Below are positions 9,817 through 19,569 of a stretch of 64,000 nucleotides of DNA, piece after piece (position 1 is the stretch's first letter; each line of letters starts with the position of its first letter). The translations under genes and the position numbers were made by a program. A model generated the notes under the pieces. It saw only the letters and a program-made list of their open reading frames with translations. It searched no databases and was not told the DNA's origin. The stretch lies in the IMG/VR virus record IMGVR_UViG_3300036985_003045. The stretch is one strand, 5' to 3'. This stretch comes from a virus (Duplodnaviria; Caudoviricetes).

Positions 9817-10658
9817 TAGTCTTTAGTCATTTTGTCGACTGCTTTACCAATACCTTTTTCGCGTTTAGAAGCAATTTGACCAGATTTTGACCATTTTTCG
9901 CCTTTACCTAGAGCTTCACCACTAATAATAGCATTTGTAGTGGCTTTCTTTACATAAGAACCTAGAGTCTTTTTAGACAATTCGTCTAGTTGTTCAAACT
10001 CTTCTGACATCATAAAATCTTCTAGTTCTTCAATTGAATAATCTTCAAGAGCGAATTCTTCTTTAGTCAATTTACCAATTGCTGTAGCAACACCTGCTTT
10101 TCTATTTTTTTCTTTTCTCATTGTCTTTTCATCACGAGAATAAGCAAACGCATCAGCATCGCCACGACCTGATTTGAAATTAGAAGCTGCAGTATGTTTC
10201 ATCAATTGATCATGAGCTTTATTTACATAAGAGCCTAGAGTCTTTTTGCTTATCTCATCAAGTTGTTCAAAGTCTTCAGACATCATAAAATCTTCTAGTT
10301 CTTCAATTGAATAATCTTCTAGAGTAAGTTCTTCTAATTCAACTTCTTCTCTAGTTAATTTTTTCTTTGCTTTTGCTTTTTCTTGATCGATAAAACTTTG
10401 AGTAGTTCCACCTTTAGCATGGTGTTTTATTAATTTATCTTTAAATTTTGGATGTTTAGGATCCCATGTTTCATATGCATCGCTTGAATCATATGATTCA
10501 TCAACTGAACCAAACATACCTTGAGCAACATCAACTCTCATACTATCTAAACGGTCAGATATTTTACTAGCCATTACAGAGTTAAAACTATCTTCAATTG
10601 CTAACGTATCGCCTTCAGCAATTGATAACACTAAATCTCTAATTGATTCTTTCAACAT
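9816..10658 (-). CDS. gp67-like prohead core protein extended by repeated acidic-linker/basic modules
   Basis: N-terminal ~50 aa (DLVLSIAEGD...FNSVMASKISDRLDSMRVDVAQGMF) resembles gp67-like proteins and follows gp20; internal duplication. Confidence 0.6.
   Translation of the reverse strand: MLKESIRDLVLSIAEGDTLAIEDSFNSVMASKISDRLDSMRVDVAQGMFGSVDESYDSSDAYETWDPKHPKFKDKLIKHHAKGGTTQSFIDQEKAKAKKKLTREEVELEELTLEDYSIEELEDFMMSEDFEQLDEISKKTLGSYVNKAHDQLMKHTAASNFKSGRGDADAFAYSRDEKTMRKEKNRKAGVATAIGKLTKEEFALEDYSIEELEDFMMSEEFEQLDELSKKTLGSYVKKATTNAIISGEALGKGEKWSKSGQIASKREKGIGKAVDKMTKD
10006..10319. repeat. 41-bp identical direct repeat within the gp67-like gene (EDYSIEELEDFMMS)
   Basis: gacatcataaaatcttctagttcttcaattgaataatcttc at 10006-10046 and 10279-10319. 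Confidence 0.9.
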
Positions 10659-10673
10659 TATTGGTATCCTTAA

Positions 10674-12161
10674 TTATTGGGCACTTTGTGCGTCTTCTGG
10701 TACAGGTGGAGGATTTGCTTTATTTTGAGCAGAAATTTCTTTTATATCTTCATCAGATTGCATTAATACATTCTTCTGAATCCATTCAATACTATAATAT
10801 TTGCCTACATACAAATCAATTTGCTGTAGAGTTACAATACGTTGATTAAGAACTTCACTTTCTTTTAATTCTGAAAAGTAATTATCTTTTTGGAAATCAA
10901 AATGAATACTTTGTTTCATATCGAACCATTCATCATCTCGAATGATACCTTTAGAAATCAATTGTATTCTCAATGCATCTACAAGTAGATTAGAAAACTT
11001 TTTACGTAATCGTGTAACAAATTTATTAAACTTAACTTCTTCACGAGTAATTTCAGTAGAACGACCTATACTAAAACCTTGAGAAGGTTGTAATCTTCCT
11101 AAAGGAACATTCAAAGCTTGATATAATTTACTTTGAAAGTATTGTACATCTTCTATTTGACCTAGAGTTTGTCCGCCTGGTAAAGTAGTGATTTCTGTAC
11201 CCTTGCCGCCTTCTCTTCTTGGCATCCAGAAATCTTCCATCATAGACAAATGTTTACGATCATCTCTTGTTTCACCAGTAGTAGCATCATAAACAATTTT
11301 ATTACGAAACTTATTCATAATATCATTTACATACTGTTCTGCTTTTAACTTAGGTAAGTTACCCACATCAATATAGAATATACGTCTTTCAGGTGCTCTA
11401 GATATCCGATATATTACTACAGCATCTTCAATCATTTTTAACTGATTGGTAGGTTTAACTGCTTTATGTAGATGACCTAAAGTCATCCCTGAATTAGGAT
11501 CTATTAAACCGCTCGGGCAATAGATAACTGAATCAAGAGATAGTTTAACACCTTGTGATGTTTGCTCACTAATTCCTTTATCATTATAGATGTAAAATTC
11601 ATCTATAGATTTAACAACATCAATACCTTTTTCATTACGTTGTTTCATTACGTTCTTGATCTTTCTTATTTTTCTTGGATCAATTTTACGTAATTCTGTA
11701 ATACCTTTTTTGATATTAGCAGGATCAATTAATACTTGATAGTATACTCTACCATCTATGTACCATTGACGGAAAATGTCTGGACCGAATTCTTCGAAAT
11801 CAAATAGTTTTAATACTTCTTCGAATTCATCGGTGATTTTTTTCTTAATACCATCTGAAACTTTTAAATTATCCAGATTAAGTTCAATAGATTTATCATC
11901 TTCAGTTATAATTGATTCATTAACAATATCTGTTATAGCAGAATCACAATCAGAATATTGAGCAACTTCTCGGTATCGACGGATAAGATCATTTTCATTC
12001 TTGACAATAGAATCCATATCAAGAACAAGACCATAATAATTCGCAGCACCTGATGCTGTTGTTATTACAGTACTACCGTCTTCCGAACTTGGTGGAACTA
12101 CACTAAGCGGATTTTCCTTGACGGATTTCTTCTTACCCAACTCGATACCAAAAATTTGCAT
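10674..12161 (-). CDS. gp20: Portal vertex protein gp20
   Basis: WYIDGR, IDPRKIRK, YRISRAPERRIFYIDVGNLPKLKAEQY, MEDFWMPRREGGKGTEITTLPGGQ. Confidence 0.98.
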   Translation of the reverse strand: MQIFGIELGKKKSVKENPLSVVPPSSEDGSTVITTASGAANYYGLVLDMDSIVKNENDLIRRYREVAQYSDCDSAITDIVNESIITEDDKSIELNLDNLKVSDGIKKKITDEFEEVLKLFDFEEFGPDIFRQWYIDGRVYYQVLIDPANIKKGITELRKIDPRKIRKIKNVMKQRNEKGIDVVKSIDEFYIYNDKGISEQTSQGVKLSLDSVIYCPSGLIDPNSGMTLGHLHKAVKPTNQLKMIEDAVVIYRISRAPERRIFYIDVGNLPKLKAEQYVNDIMNKFRNKIVYDATTGETRDDRKHLSMMEDFWMPRREGGKGTEITTLPGGQTLGQIEDVQYFQSKLYQALNVPLGRLQPSQGFSIGRSTEITREEVKFNKFVTRLRKKFSNLLVDALRIQLISKGIIRDDEWFDMKQSIHFDFQKDNYFSELKESEVLNQRIVTLQQIDLYVGKYYSIEWIQKNVLMQSDEDIKEISAQNKANPPPVPEDAQSAQ

Positions 12162-12191
12162 ATTTTATCTCAAAATTATAATGAAAAATGA

Positions 12192-12794
12192 TTAGAAACT
12201 AAATGGAATTGTTCCAACTGGAGTATCAATTGATATGTTAGTACCAAAAGAAGCACCATCAGTATCTGTACCAGTATTTGATGTAAAGTAGTTATATGTA
12301 AATTCTACATCAAAAGTTTCAAGTTGGTTTATTACATCAAAGTCTAATTGAATAGGACTAATAGTTGTTGGATATGCATCAGCAAATTTATATACTTTTA
12401 AAGTAGCACCATTACGATCTAATTGATGAACTTCTAAATCAACTTGATAATCAGAAGGATTTGTTTTACCTTCAGTAGCTGCATATCTTTGAATACCTGA
12501 CTGCCAAGATTCAAATGCATTACGTAAACCAAATGTTGTATCATTAATAAGTGTTACAGTCCATGGTTGGAAAGTACGTTCTCCTGCAATATTAACAACT
12601 CTACCTCTGTACGGAACTTCTACATTAGTTATAGTAGATCCAGGAAGTTGAGCTGCTTTACATAAGAATTGTGCTCTTGATCCTTCAAATGCGCCGGCTG
12701 ACACATAAGCCGGAAAATTTAAATATGCTCTAAATTGATTGGCTCTTGCTCCGCCTCCAATCAACTGAGATTTAAAATCTGATATATTTGCCAT
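12192..12794 (-). CDS. gp19: Tail tube protein gp19
   Basis: GGGARANQF, FLCKAAQLPGS, YRGRVVNIAGERTFQPWTVT, VHQLDRNG. Confidence 0.95.
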   Translation of the reverse strand: MANISDFKSQLIGGGARANQFRAYLNFPAYVSAGAFEGSRAQFLCKAAQLPGSTITNVEVPYRGRVVNIAGERTFQPWTVTLINDTTFGLRNAFESWQSGIQRYAATEGKTNPSDYQVDLEVHQLDRNGATLKVYKFADAYPTTISPIQLDFDVINQLETFDVEFTYNYFTSNTGTDTDGASFGTNISIDTPVGTIPFSF

Positions 12795-12824
12795 TTTTTA
12801 TTCCTTAGGTGTATGACTTTATAT

Positions 12825-12832
12825 TATTTATA
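12825..12832 (-). promoter_or_regulatory. Late promoter TATAAATA (gp19)
   Basis: Exact consensus between gp18 and gp19. Confidence 0.8.
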
Positions 12833-12840
12833 GTTAAAGC

Positions 12841-12862
12841 TGGGAGTGTATTTCAACTCCCA
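12841..12862 (-). terminator. Hairpin / probable weak terminator after gp18
   Basis: TGGGAGT-N8-ACTCCCA stem followed by only GCTTT. Confidence 0.55.
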
Positions 12863-12870
12863 AATACTAA

Positions 12871-14793
12871 TTAACCGCCAATTTCAGAGAAACTAATACC
12901 ACTTCTTACTGCTATAAAGTTTAAAGTAATATAGTTAATTGATCGTGCAGGTTTAACATAAATATCGCCTACAAATTCATTACGATCAATTACTTCACCG
13001 GTATTATTAGTATCATCACAAATTACTCTAAAATCAATAACACCACGACGACCTTTAACATCTCTCAAAAATGGTTCAACAATATTTTTGAATTGAGCTC
13101 TTGTAAATGCATCATTAAATTCGAATAATTGATATTTAGATGCAGTAGCAATTGCTTTTTCAAGAACAATAAACAATCTACGAACATTGATACGATCAAA
13201 TGCAGATGGTTTTGCCAATAATGTTTTATCACCAAATAATACAGTGCCTTGTCCAGGAAATGTAACTACTGGATTAACGCCATTTTTATATACAGAATCT
13301 CTATCTATTTTAGATAAATTAGCGGCAAGTTTAACAACATTTTTAACTTGACCTCTATTATAACCTGCAGGAGACCACCAAGCATCATTAGTATAATCAG
13401 TACGTGCAGTCATACCGGCGATATCACCATTTAGTGGTACCCAACGATATTTATCATTATAACGATCATATTGATACTTATAACCAGAATCCATAATACC
13501 ATAAGAAGATGATGTTAATCCATTTCTATAAGCATTAATTTTATCAGTCACAGTAGAACCTGAACCAATAATAGCATCGCCGGTAGATATATCTTGTGGA
13601 GATACAAATACAACACAATCTTTACGAACTTCTGCAATATTTTGAATTACATAATTTGCAGTAATAAAATTTGATTTACCTACTGGTATTAAGCTAATAT
13701 CATATTGACTATCGTTTAAATATAATTCCCAAGATGTTACTGCATACGCGCCATCAGAATCAACAAAGTCATCTAGAGCGCCTGAAAATGAATCATTCAA
13801 AGCTCCTTTTAAAGGAGCATATGAAGCACTTGCAACTACAGCAGTACCCCAAGCAGTACCTGTACCGGAAATATTTGCAGTATGATCCATCCACCAAATA
13901 TATTGTGAACGTGTATTAATTACTTCTTTATAATAGTTAATTGTACCATCATATTTTTTAGCATCTGATACTTTTGAAACATAAGCAAATTTTTCTAGAA
14001 TTGTACCTTTTATTCCAGAGAATACACCATCTTCATCAATAACAATAATATGTAATTCATCATAAAGAGCATTAGAATTAGCAACATAATCTGAAGTTCC
14101 AGGCGCAGAATCAAATTGAGCATTATATGCCCAGTCAGCTTTCAATGCAGTACCTGCAGGAACAGAAATTACGGATCCAGGAGCTTCTAAAGTTAATGAA
14201 GTATTAGATTCAATAGATTTAACAGTACCAATAATTACACCAGCATCTGTTTTAAGGATAGCTCCTACATGAAGTTCTGTAACAAACAGTGTACTTACAC
14301 CAACAACAGTAGTTCCACCAATAGGAACAATACTTGAAGATGTAACACTAGACAAAACTAAATTTTTAAATGTTAGTCTATCCGCCATTGAAACTTTCAA
14401 TGAATTACCTAAAATACCTGCATATTTTGCTGCCCATAAGCAGTCATATGTTGAGGTAACTAAATCATCATAAGCATCTACATTTTTAATTTTAACAGCA
14501 GTACCACCGGTACTGACGGCATTAACTGAAGCAAGAGAATCAATTCTAGATATGTATAGACTGTTTGTATATGACAAAAAGTTTGCTGCAGTAAAAAATG
14601 ATTCAAAAGTACTATCATTAGGTTTGCCAAATTGTTTTATTAATTCGACTTCTGATGATAATTGTACTGGGTATTCGATTGGACCCCACTGGAACTTACC
14701 TGCAAATGCTCCAGTAGATGATGAAACAGCTGGCACAATATTAGTAAAATCTTTCTCTACTATTGTAACTCCTGGCGATAGTGCATATGCCAT
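12871..14793 (-). CDS. gp18: Tail sheath protein gp18
   Basis: LSPGVTIVEKD, FQWGP, WWSPAGYNRG, GDKTLL..PSAFDRINVRRLF, KPARSINYITLNF. Confidence 0.97.
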   Translation of the reverse strand: MAYALSPGVTIVEKDFTNIVPAVSSSTGAFAGKFQWGPIEYPVQLSSEVELIKQFGKPNDSTFESFFTAANFLSYTNSLYISRIDSLASVNAVSTGGTAVKIKNVDAYDDLVTSTYDCLWAAKYAGILGNSLKVSMADRLTFKNLVLSSVTSSSIVPIGGTTVVGVSTLFVTELHVGAILKTDAGVIIGTVKSIESNTSLTLEAPGSVISVPAGTALKADWAYNAQFDSAPGTSDYVANSNALYDELHIIVIDEDGVFSGIKGTILEKFAYVSKVSDAKKYDGTINYYKEVINTRSQYIWWMDHTANISGTGTAWGTAVVASASYAPLKGALNDSFSGALDDFVDSDGAYAVTSWELYLNDSQYDISLIPVGKSNFITANYVIQNIAEVRKDCVVFVSPQDISTGDAIIGSGSTVTDKINAYRNGLTSSSYGIMDSGYKYQYDRYNDKYRWVPLNGDIAGMTARTDYTNDAWWSPAGYNRGQVKNVVKLAANLSKIDRDSVYKNGVNPVVTFPGQGTVLFGDKTLLAKPSAFDRINVRRLFIVLEKAIATASKYQLFEFNDAFTRAQFKNIVEPFLRDVKGRRGVIDFRVICDDTNNTGEVIDRNEFVGDIYVKPARSINYITLNFIAVRSGISFSEIGG

Positions 14794-14852
14794 TTAAATT
14801 CTCCTAAGAAATAATATTCTGGGTATACGATGAATCATTTGATTCATTGTAT

Positions 14853-14860
14853 TATTTATA
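14853..14860 (-). promoter_or_regulatory. Late promoter TATAAATA (gp18)
   Basis: Exact consensus upstream of gp18. Confidence 0.8.
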
Positions 14861-14872
14861 AAAACTAGTATT

Positions 14873-16474
14873 TCAGAAATTGAGAAGCATAATAGGTGCT
14901 TCTAATTCTATTTGTCCATCATCATAAAAACCGAATGGTGTTAATTCTTCTTCAATTAATCTCATTTGATTTTGATACATTATTTGTCTAAGTTCTACGT
15001 TATTTAATTCTTTAAAATATGGTTGAGTTGTTAACCATGAGAAAATAACGAGACCCATTACTAAATCATCCTTATAACTATCATCCGCTGCATATGAATC
15101 TTTAACTTCAATAAAAGTAGATAGTTCAGAAATAGTATCCATATCATTAATAAGCAATTTATTTTCTACTAATAATGATTTTAAATTGGCACAACCAATT
15201 CTTTTAGTTTTTTTATCAGTGTTTACACCTAAATATGGTCTGCCACCAAATCCACCTCCGGCAGATTGTCCTTTATCTAATCCCTTTGGTTTTTTATTTA
15301 TAATAATCATATTTTCATATTCTAACTCATGATGTAAAATATGTGCCACCTGTTCAGATATATTTATCTCAATTAAAACATGTGCATTATTATAATCTTT
15401 TGCTACTTTATATATTATATTTGGAAATAATAAAGGACTTATATGATTATCTTTATACTTAGCAACTTGTTTGTATGGTATTTCTGATATGTCAATCACT
15501 TGAATTACCGAATTATCACCACCGACACCTTTAGACGGATCAACTGTCATTACATAATTTCTGCCTCTTTCAGGTGCATCAAAAACATCTAATCCTTCTC
15601 TTGTATATTCAATAACACTTGGAGTTAGTTTAGATAAAGTATCAGGCGGTATCAAAGTTAAACTAGAACCTAAAAATGAACATTCAACTTCTTGGCAGTA
15701 CTTAAGATCACCTAATTGTCTTCGTTGTTCTTCTGCCCAAGCAGCATCTCTACCTGGAATTTCCCAATAAGGAATAAACAGCGGTATAAAGTCATTATGA
15801 CCTTTTTCTGCATCTGTCCAAAACTTCCAAAAATGATTATAACCAAGTGGAGTAGAACTTAGTAAAATTTTAGATGTTTGTCCTGAAGAAATTGTAGGAT
15901 AAACAGAAGTAAAAAACTCATCAGCTACTGTATTTGGAATAAAAGCAGTTTCATCAATATAAAGCATATTAACGGTTTTACCACGAATACCAGAACCTGT
16001 AGTAGCAGCGGTAAATACTTTTGACTTATTTTCTAATTCAATATCACCTTTATTCCAAGTTGTTACTCCACATTTTAACCAATCAGGTAATAACTCAAAC
16101 ATTAGTTGAAGTCTACTCATTACCTCTCTTGCTGCAGCAGATTTATTTGCAAGAATTGCTACATTTTTGGCATCATTAAAATTAACATACCAAAGAATAT
16201 ATGCTGCAGAAGTTTGAGTTTTACCCTGTTGACGACCTTCCATGAGAATAACTTTACGATTCTCATGTATTATCTTTACCTTTCTTTTTTGGCAATCATA
16301 AAGATTAAACGGTACAATACCGTGGTCAATTGAAATAATTTTACAATAACTATCTATAAAATAAATAGGATCTTGTGCACACTTAATATATTCTTGTACT
16401 TGTTCTTGAGTATATTGAACTTGTACATTTGCTGCTTTTAAATTAGGATTGCTATTATATGTTAATGATGCCAT
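14873..16474 (-). CDS. gp17: Terminase large subunit gp17
   Basis: YNSNPNLK, GRQQGKT (Walker A), LYIDETAFI, STPLGYNHF, DDLVMGL; uninterrupted. Confidence 0.96.
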   Translation of the reverse strand: MASLTYNSNPNLKAANVQVQYTQEQVQEYIKCAQDPIYFIDSYCKIISIDHGIVPFNLYDCQKRKVKIIHENRKVILMEGRQQGKTQTSAAYILWYVNFNDAKNVAILANKSAAAREVMSRLQLMFELLPDWLKCGVTTWNKGDIELENKSKVFTAATTGSGIRGKTVNMLYIDETAFIPNTVADEFFTSVYPTISSGQTSKILLSSTPLGYNHFWKFWTDAEKGHNDFIPLFIPYWEIPGRDAAWAEEQRRQLGDLKYCQEVECSFLGSSLTLIPPDTLSKLTPSVIEYTREGLDVFDAPERGRNYVMTVDPSKGVGGDNSVIQVIDISEIPYKQVAKYKDNHISPLLFPNIIYKVAKDYNNAHVLIEINISEQVAHILHHELEYENMIIINKKPKGLDKGQSAGGGFGGRPYLGVNTDKKTKRIGCANLKSLLVENKLLINDMDTISELSTFIEVKDSYAADDSYKDDLVMGLVIFSWLTTQPYFKELNNVELRQIMYQNQMRLIEEELTPFGFYDDGQIELEAPIMLLNF

Positions 16475-16489
16475 AATAAAACTAATCTA

Positions 16490-16684
16490 TTAAATAGATC
16501 GTCTTTCCTTATCAATTTTAACATTTACTTTAGTGATTGCTTTATTAGCACCGGTAATACGTGTACGCGCTTTATCCATATCACCTTTTTCAATTGCAGA
16601 CCGCCTTTCTACTTCATTTTTATCAAGATACTTATTTAATGTACTCTTTGATAATTCTGAAATTAATTCTTTATAACTTTTCAT
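16490..16684 (-). CDS. Putative internal head protein with T4 IP-like capsid-targeting sequence
   Basis: N-terminus MKSYKELISE resembles the T4 IP CTS (MKTYQEFIAE), followed by an LSKSTL module shared with gp22 and the gp67-like protein. Confidence 0.6.
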   Translation of the reverse strand: MKSYKELISELSKSTLNKYLDKNEVERRSAIEKGDMDKARTRITGANKAITKVNVKIDKERRSI

Positions 16685-17425
16685 TTAAAATTCCTCTAAC
16701 CAAGACTCTGATATAATACTACCATCTATAGGATCACCAATAGCAGTATAATTAGCAGTAGATTCATTAGTAACAATATCATTAATATTAGCTTTAACAG
16801 TAGTAATAATACCACTTGTACTATTTCCGCTAAATAAATTTAATTTCAAAGTGAAATTTAATGTATGAGTTACAAATCTTCTAGTAGTAAAATCTCCATC
16901 ATAATCATCTTGAACTGAAATGCTATTTAAAATAATAGGAATGTCTTGAATAACATTCATTTCAGGAACCGCATTAATTGATAATGTGTATTCAGGAGTA
17001 AATGTAGGTAAAATTTGTTCTATTATTTGTAATGCATCTTCTTGAGTTTTTGTCAAAATATACAATGAAATATCAAGATTATATGGAACAACAGAACTTA
17101 ATGTACTTAGAGAACTTAAACCATCACCACATTTTATTTGTTGCATTCTATTTGTTTTTCTTACAGAATCATAAGAATAACCGGTAATTTCAAAGGATAT
17201 TCTAGGCAATGACGTATAAGTATGATTTTCAAGAGTAGGATCAGAATCTATTCTTACTATCCATTTTTCCTTAGGTGCATATCCTACGGGAACTTTTAAG
17301 GTTTGAATTGTAGTTCCAGTAACAGAACCACCTTCTTTTCTTTCTATTTTAATATTAGAAAAAAGACTGCCAAAACCAATAATAGTTTTTCTTATAATTC
17401 CGTGATAAAATGGAGTTTCGTACAT
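16685..17425 (-). CDS. gp15: Tail sheath stabiliser / head-tail connector gp15
   Basis: FYHGIIRKTIIGFGSLFSNI, KVPVGYAPKEKW, LPRISFEI, QIIEQILPTFTP. Confidence 0.93.
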   Translation of the reverse strand: MYETPFYHGIIRKTIIGFGSLFSNIKIERKEGGSVTGTTIQTLKVPVGYAPKEKWIVRIDSDPTLENHTYTSLPRISFEITGYSYDSVRKTNRMQQIKCGDGLSSLSTLSSVVPYNLDISLYILTKTQEDALQIIEQILPTFTPEYTLSINAVPEMNVIQDIPIILNSISVQDDYDGDFTTRRFVTHTLNFTLKLNLFSGNSTSGIITTVKANINDIVTNESTANYTAIGDPIDGSIISESWLEEF

Positions 17426-18330
17426 TAAATATCTCCGAACGGATTATTAGTATTCCATACAACTGTAGATGCTTCATCTAAAAATGAGTTGTTATCACCA
17501 TATGAATCTGGTTTATCTATATTAACATTAACCACAGCTTCAATAAGTGCTCCAGTCCCATTTCCAATTATTTCAACAAAAGGTATTACTTTATAACCTG
17601 TACCAGGATTAGTGATAATAATATCAACAATTTTACCTGCATTACTTCCAGTTCCAATAACTGGCGTTGCAGTTGCTCCATATCCAGTAGAAGATGTAAA
17701 TTCAACTGTAGCAGTTGAATATGCTGATCCAGTATTTGTAATATTAATAGTTGTTACCTCACCAAAATTACTATCTGCGATATCAGTAGAGAATGTTTTT
17801 AATGATTCAAATACATCAATATCAGTATGACCGGTATCAATTCTTTCAGATGCATATTGGAACAATTCTACTTGAAGTTTATAAACATATAATTTGCCTA
17901 ATTGATAGAACGGATCTTGATGTTGTACAAATTTAATTTCAAATAAACCTTTTGACAATGGGAAATAAATTAAGTCACCTTCATTGGGTCTAGTAGGTAC
18001 AGTTGTTACACCATATCTGCCGACAAATTGTTCCCATCTTCTTCTAGCAACAACAAGCGTTGCTGATTGTTCTACCATCAGGCCAAATTTTTGGATCATG
18101 AATCCTTGGCCACCGAATGAATCAATATTTTCAAAATACATTTCAATTGGAAATGCAGTCTTAAATTGGGATAATCTATCTTCTCCTAAAATATTATCCT
18201 TTGCAACTAATGTTCTAGGGATATACATCACTTCATTTCCATACATACGAAGTGATTCAATGATCAGATCTTCTACAAGATATTGTTCGTTTTTAGTACC
18301 ATGTGTAAAATATACATTAGTTGTTGTCAT
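17425..18330 (-). CDS. gp14: Neck protein gp14 with C-terminal GxGY beta-repeat insertion
   Basis: EQYLVEDLIIESLRMYG, YIPRTLV, RPNEGDLIYFP, PFYQLGK. Confidence 0.92.
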   Translation of the reverse strand: MTTTNVYFTHGTKNEQYLVEDLIIESLRMYGNEVMYIPRTLVAKDNILGEDRLSQFKTAFPIEMYFENIDSFGGQGFMIQKFGLMVEQSATLVVARRRWEQFVGRYGVTTVPTRPNEGDLIYFPLSKGLFEIKFVQHQDPFYQLGKLYVYKLQVELFQYASERIDTGHTDIDVFESLKTFSTDIADSNFGEVTTINITNTGSAYSTATVEFTSSTGYGATATPVIGTGSNAGKIVDIIITNPGTGYKVIPFVEIIGNGTGALIEAVVNVNIDKPDSYGDNNSFLDEASTVVWNTNNPFGDI

Positions 18331-18333
18331 GAT

Positions 18334-19314
18334 TTATCCCATGAACCAACTTAATGGAGCAGATTTAGTCATTAGTTCATCTTCTAAATCTTTAATCTCA
18401 TCAATTGCTTCTCTATATAGAGAATCACCATCTAGTGTAACACCACCCGGTAATTGAATACCGGAAAACTTTTTGATATTAGTTGCCCACATCTTTTTAA
18501 ATAATGCAGTAGTATAATGTTTCAACCATAACTCTCCCCACATTCTAGGAGCAGTGACAGGATCTAAAGCACCATAACCATCAACCATTAGATATTGACC
18601 AATAAGAGCATCTGCTTGCCATTTAATATCAAGATATAGTTTGTTTGTAAATCTATTAAACCGAATATCAGGTTTGGCATTAAGTTCAAAATCAAGCATT
18701 GACAAATGACTCATTACAGTTTTATAATAGATCATCGAGGTAGATGTTACATCATATAAATCGTGCAAACGTAATTGGTATTGCAAGTCAAACATATTCT
18801 TAGATGAAGATGCCTGTGCCATAGGAATAACTCTAGTCACACCATACAATAAATCAGGAAGTGTAATATATCTATTATCAAATACACCTTTAACTACTGG
18901 AGAAGTTGAACTTAATGTAGCAGAAATTATATCATTTGAAATAGTTTCTCCAGCAAGGAAATTACCGGTTATATTAACTATAAGAAGAACATTTCCTGTA
19001 GATGTTCTTGATTCTGTTCTAGTACCTTCATCTAAAACTACAAATGCTGTAGCACCTGATGTTACTCCAGTAACTTTAGTTGCATCACCAAAAGATTCAG
19101 CATTATTAGTTGTAAGATTTAACACAGAAGCAGTAATCATATATTTGGCATATACTTGTTCAATACCTTCTGGATGATATAATCTCCAATATTCTACTGC
19201 TTCATCAATACGATCTTCTAGTTGATCATCATCAACATTTATCTCAAGCACTGGTGCACCTAGTGCTCTCAAGGCATATTGTTTTAGACCTTCCCTTGTA
19301 TTTACTGTTGCCAT
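18334..19314 (-). CDS. gp13: Neck protein gp13
   Basis: LKQYALRALGAPVLEINVDDDQLEDRIDEA, IQLPGGVTLDG. Confidence 0.93.
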   Translation of the reverse strand: MATVNTREGLKQYALRALGAPVLEINVDDDQLEDRIDEAVEYWRLYHPEGIEQVYAKYMITASVLNLTTNNAESFGDATKVTGVTSGATAFVVLDEGTRTESRTSTGNVLLIVNITGNFLAGETISNDIISATLSSTSPVVKGVFDNRYITLPDLLYGVTRVIPMAQASSSKNMFDLQYQLRLHDLYDVTSTSMIYYKTVMSHLSMLDFELNAKPDIRFNRFTNKLYLDIKWQADALIGQYLMVDGYGALDPVTAPRMWGELWLKHYTTALFKKMWATNIKKFSGIQLPGGVTLDGDSLYREAIDEIKDLEDELMTKSAPLSWFMG

Positions 19315-19343
19315 CTTACTATTCCAATAATTAGTTTTATATA

Positions 19344-19568
19344 CTATTTATTAAACACCACATTGAACATATTTTGGACTAATTCTTCTTCGTTGCTGAT
19401 GTCTGAATCTGCTACTAATGTGTAACCTTTATTTGTATATACAGGTAATGAAGAATCATCTGGATCATCAAGAATAATTTGATATTCAACGTATAACTGT
19501 TGAGGTATTTCGCCCATATCTATTCTATAAGAAATACTAATTAGTTTTTGTGTTTTTGTAATTGCCAT
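19344..19568 (-). CDS. Hypothetical protein downstream of tail fibre
   Basis: 74 aa, 1 nt after the fibre stop codon. Confidence 0.6.
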   Translation of the reverse strand: MAITKTQKLISISYRIDMGEIPQQLYVEYQIILDDPDDSSLPVYTNKGYTLVADSDISNEEELVQNMFNVVFNK

Positions 19569-19569
19569 T

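Noticed and set aside
14830-14847. Short palindrome atgaatc-attt-gattcat after the gp18 late promoter
   Set aside because: A 7-bp AT-rich stem is expected by chance at this base composition and does not cover the SD
5349-16474. Introns, inteins or homing endonucleases in gp23, gp20, gp17 or gp18
   Set aside because: The ORFs are continuous and of ordinary length; no LAGLIDADG, HNH or GIY-YIG ORFs or intein motifs were seen
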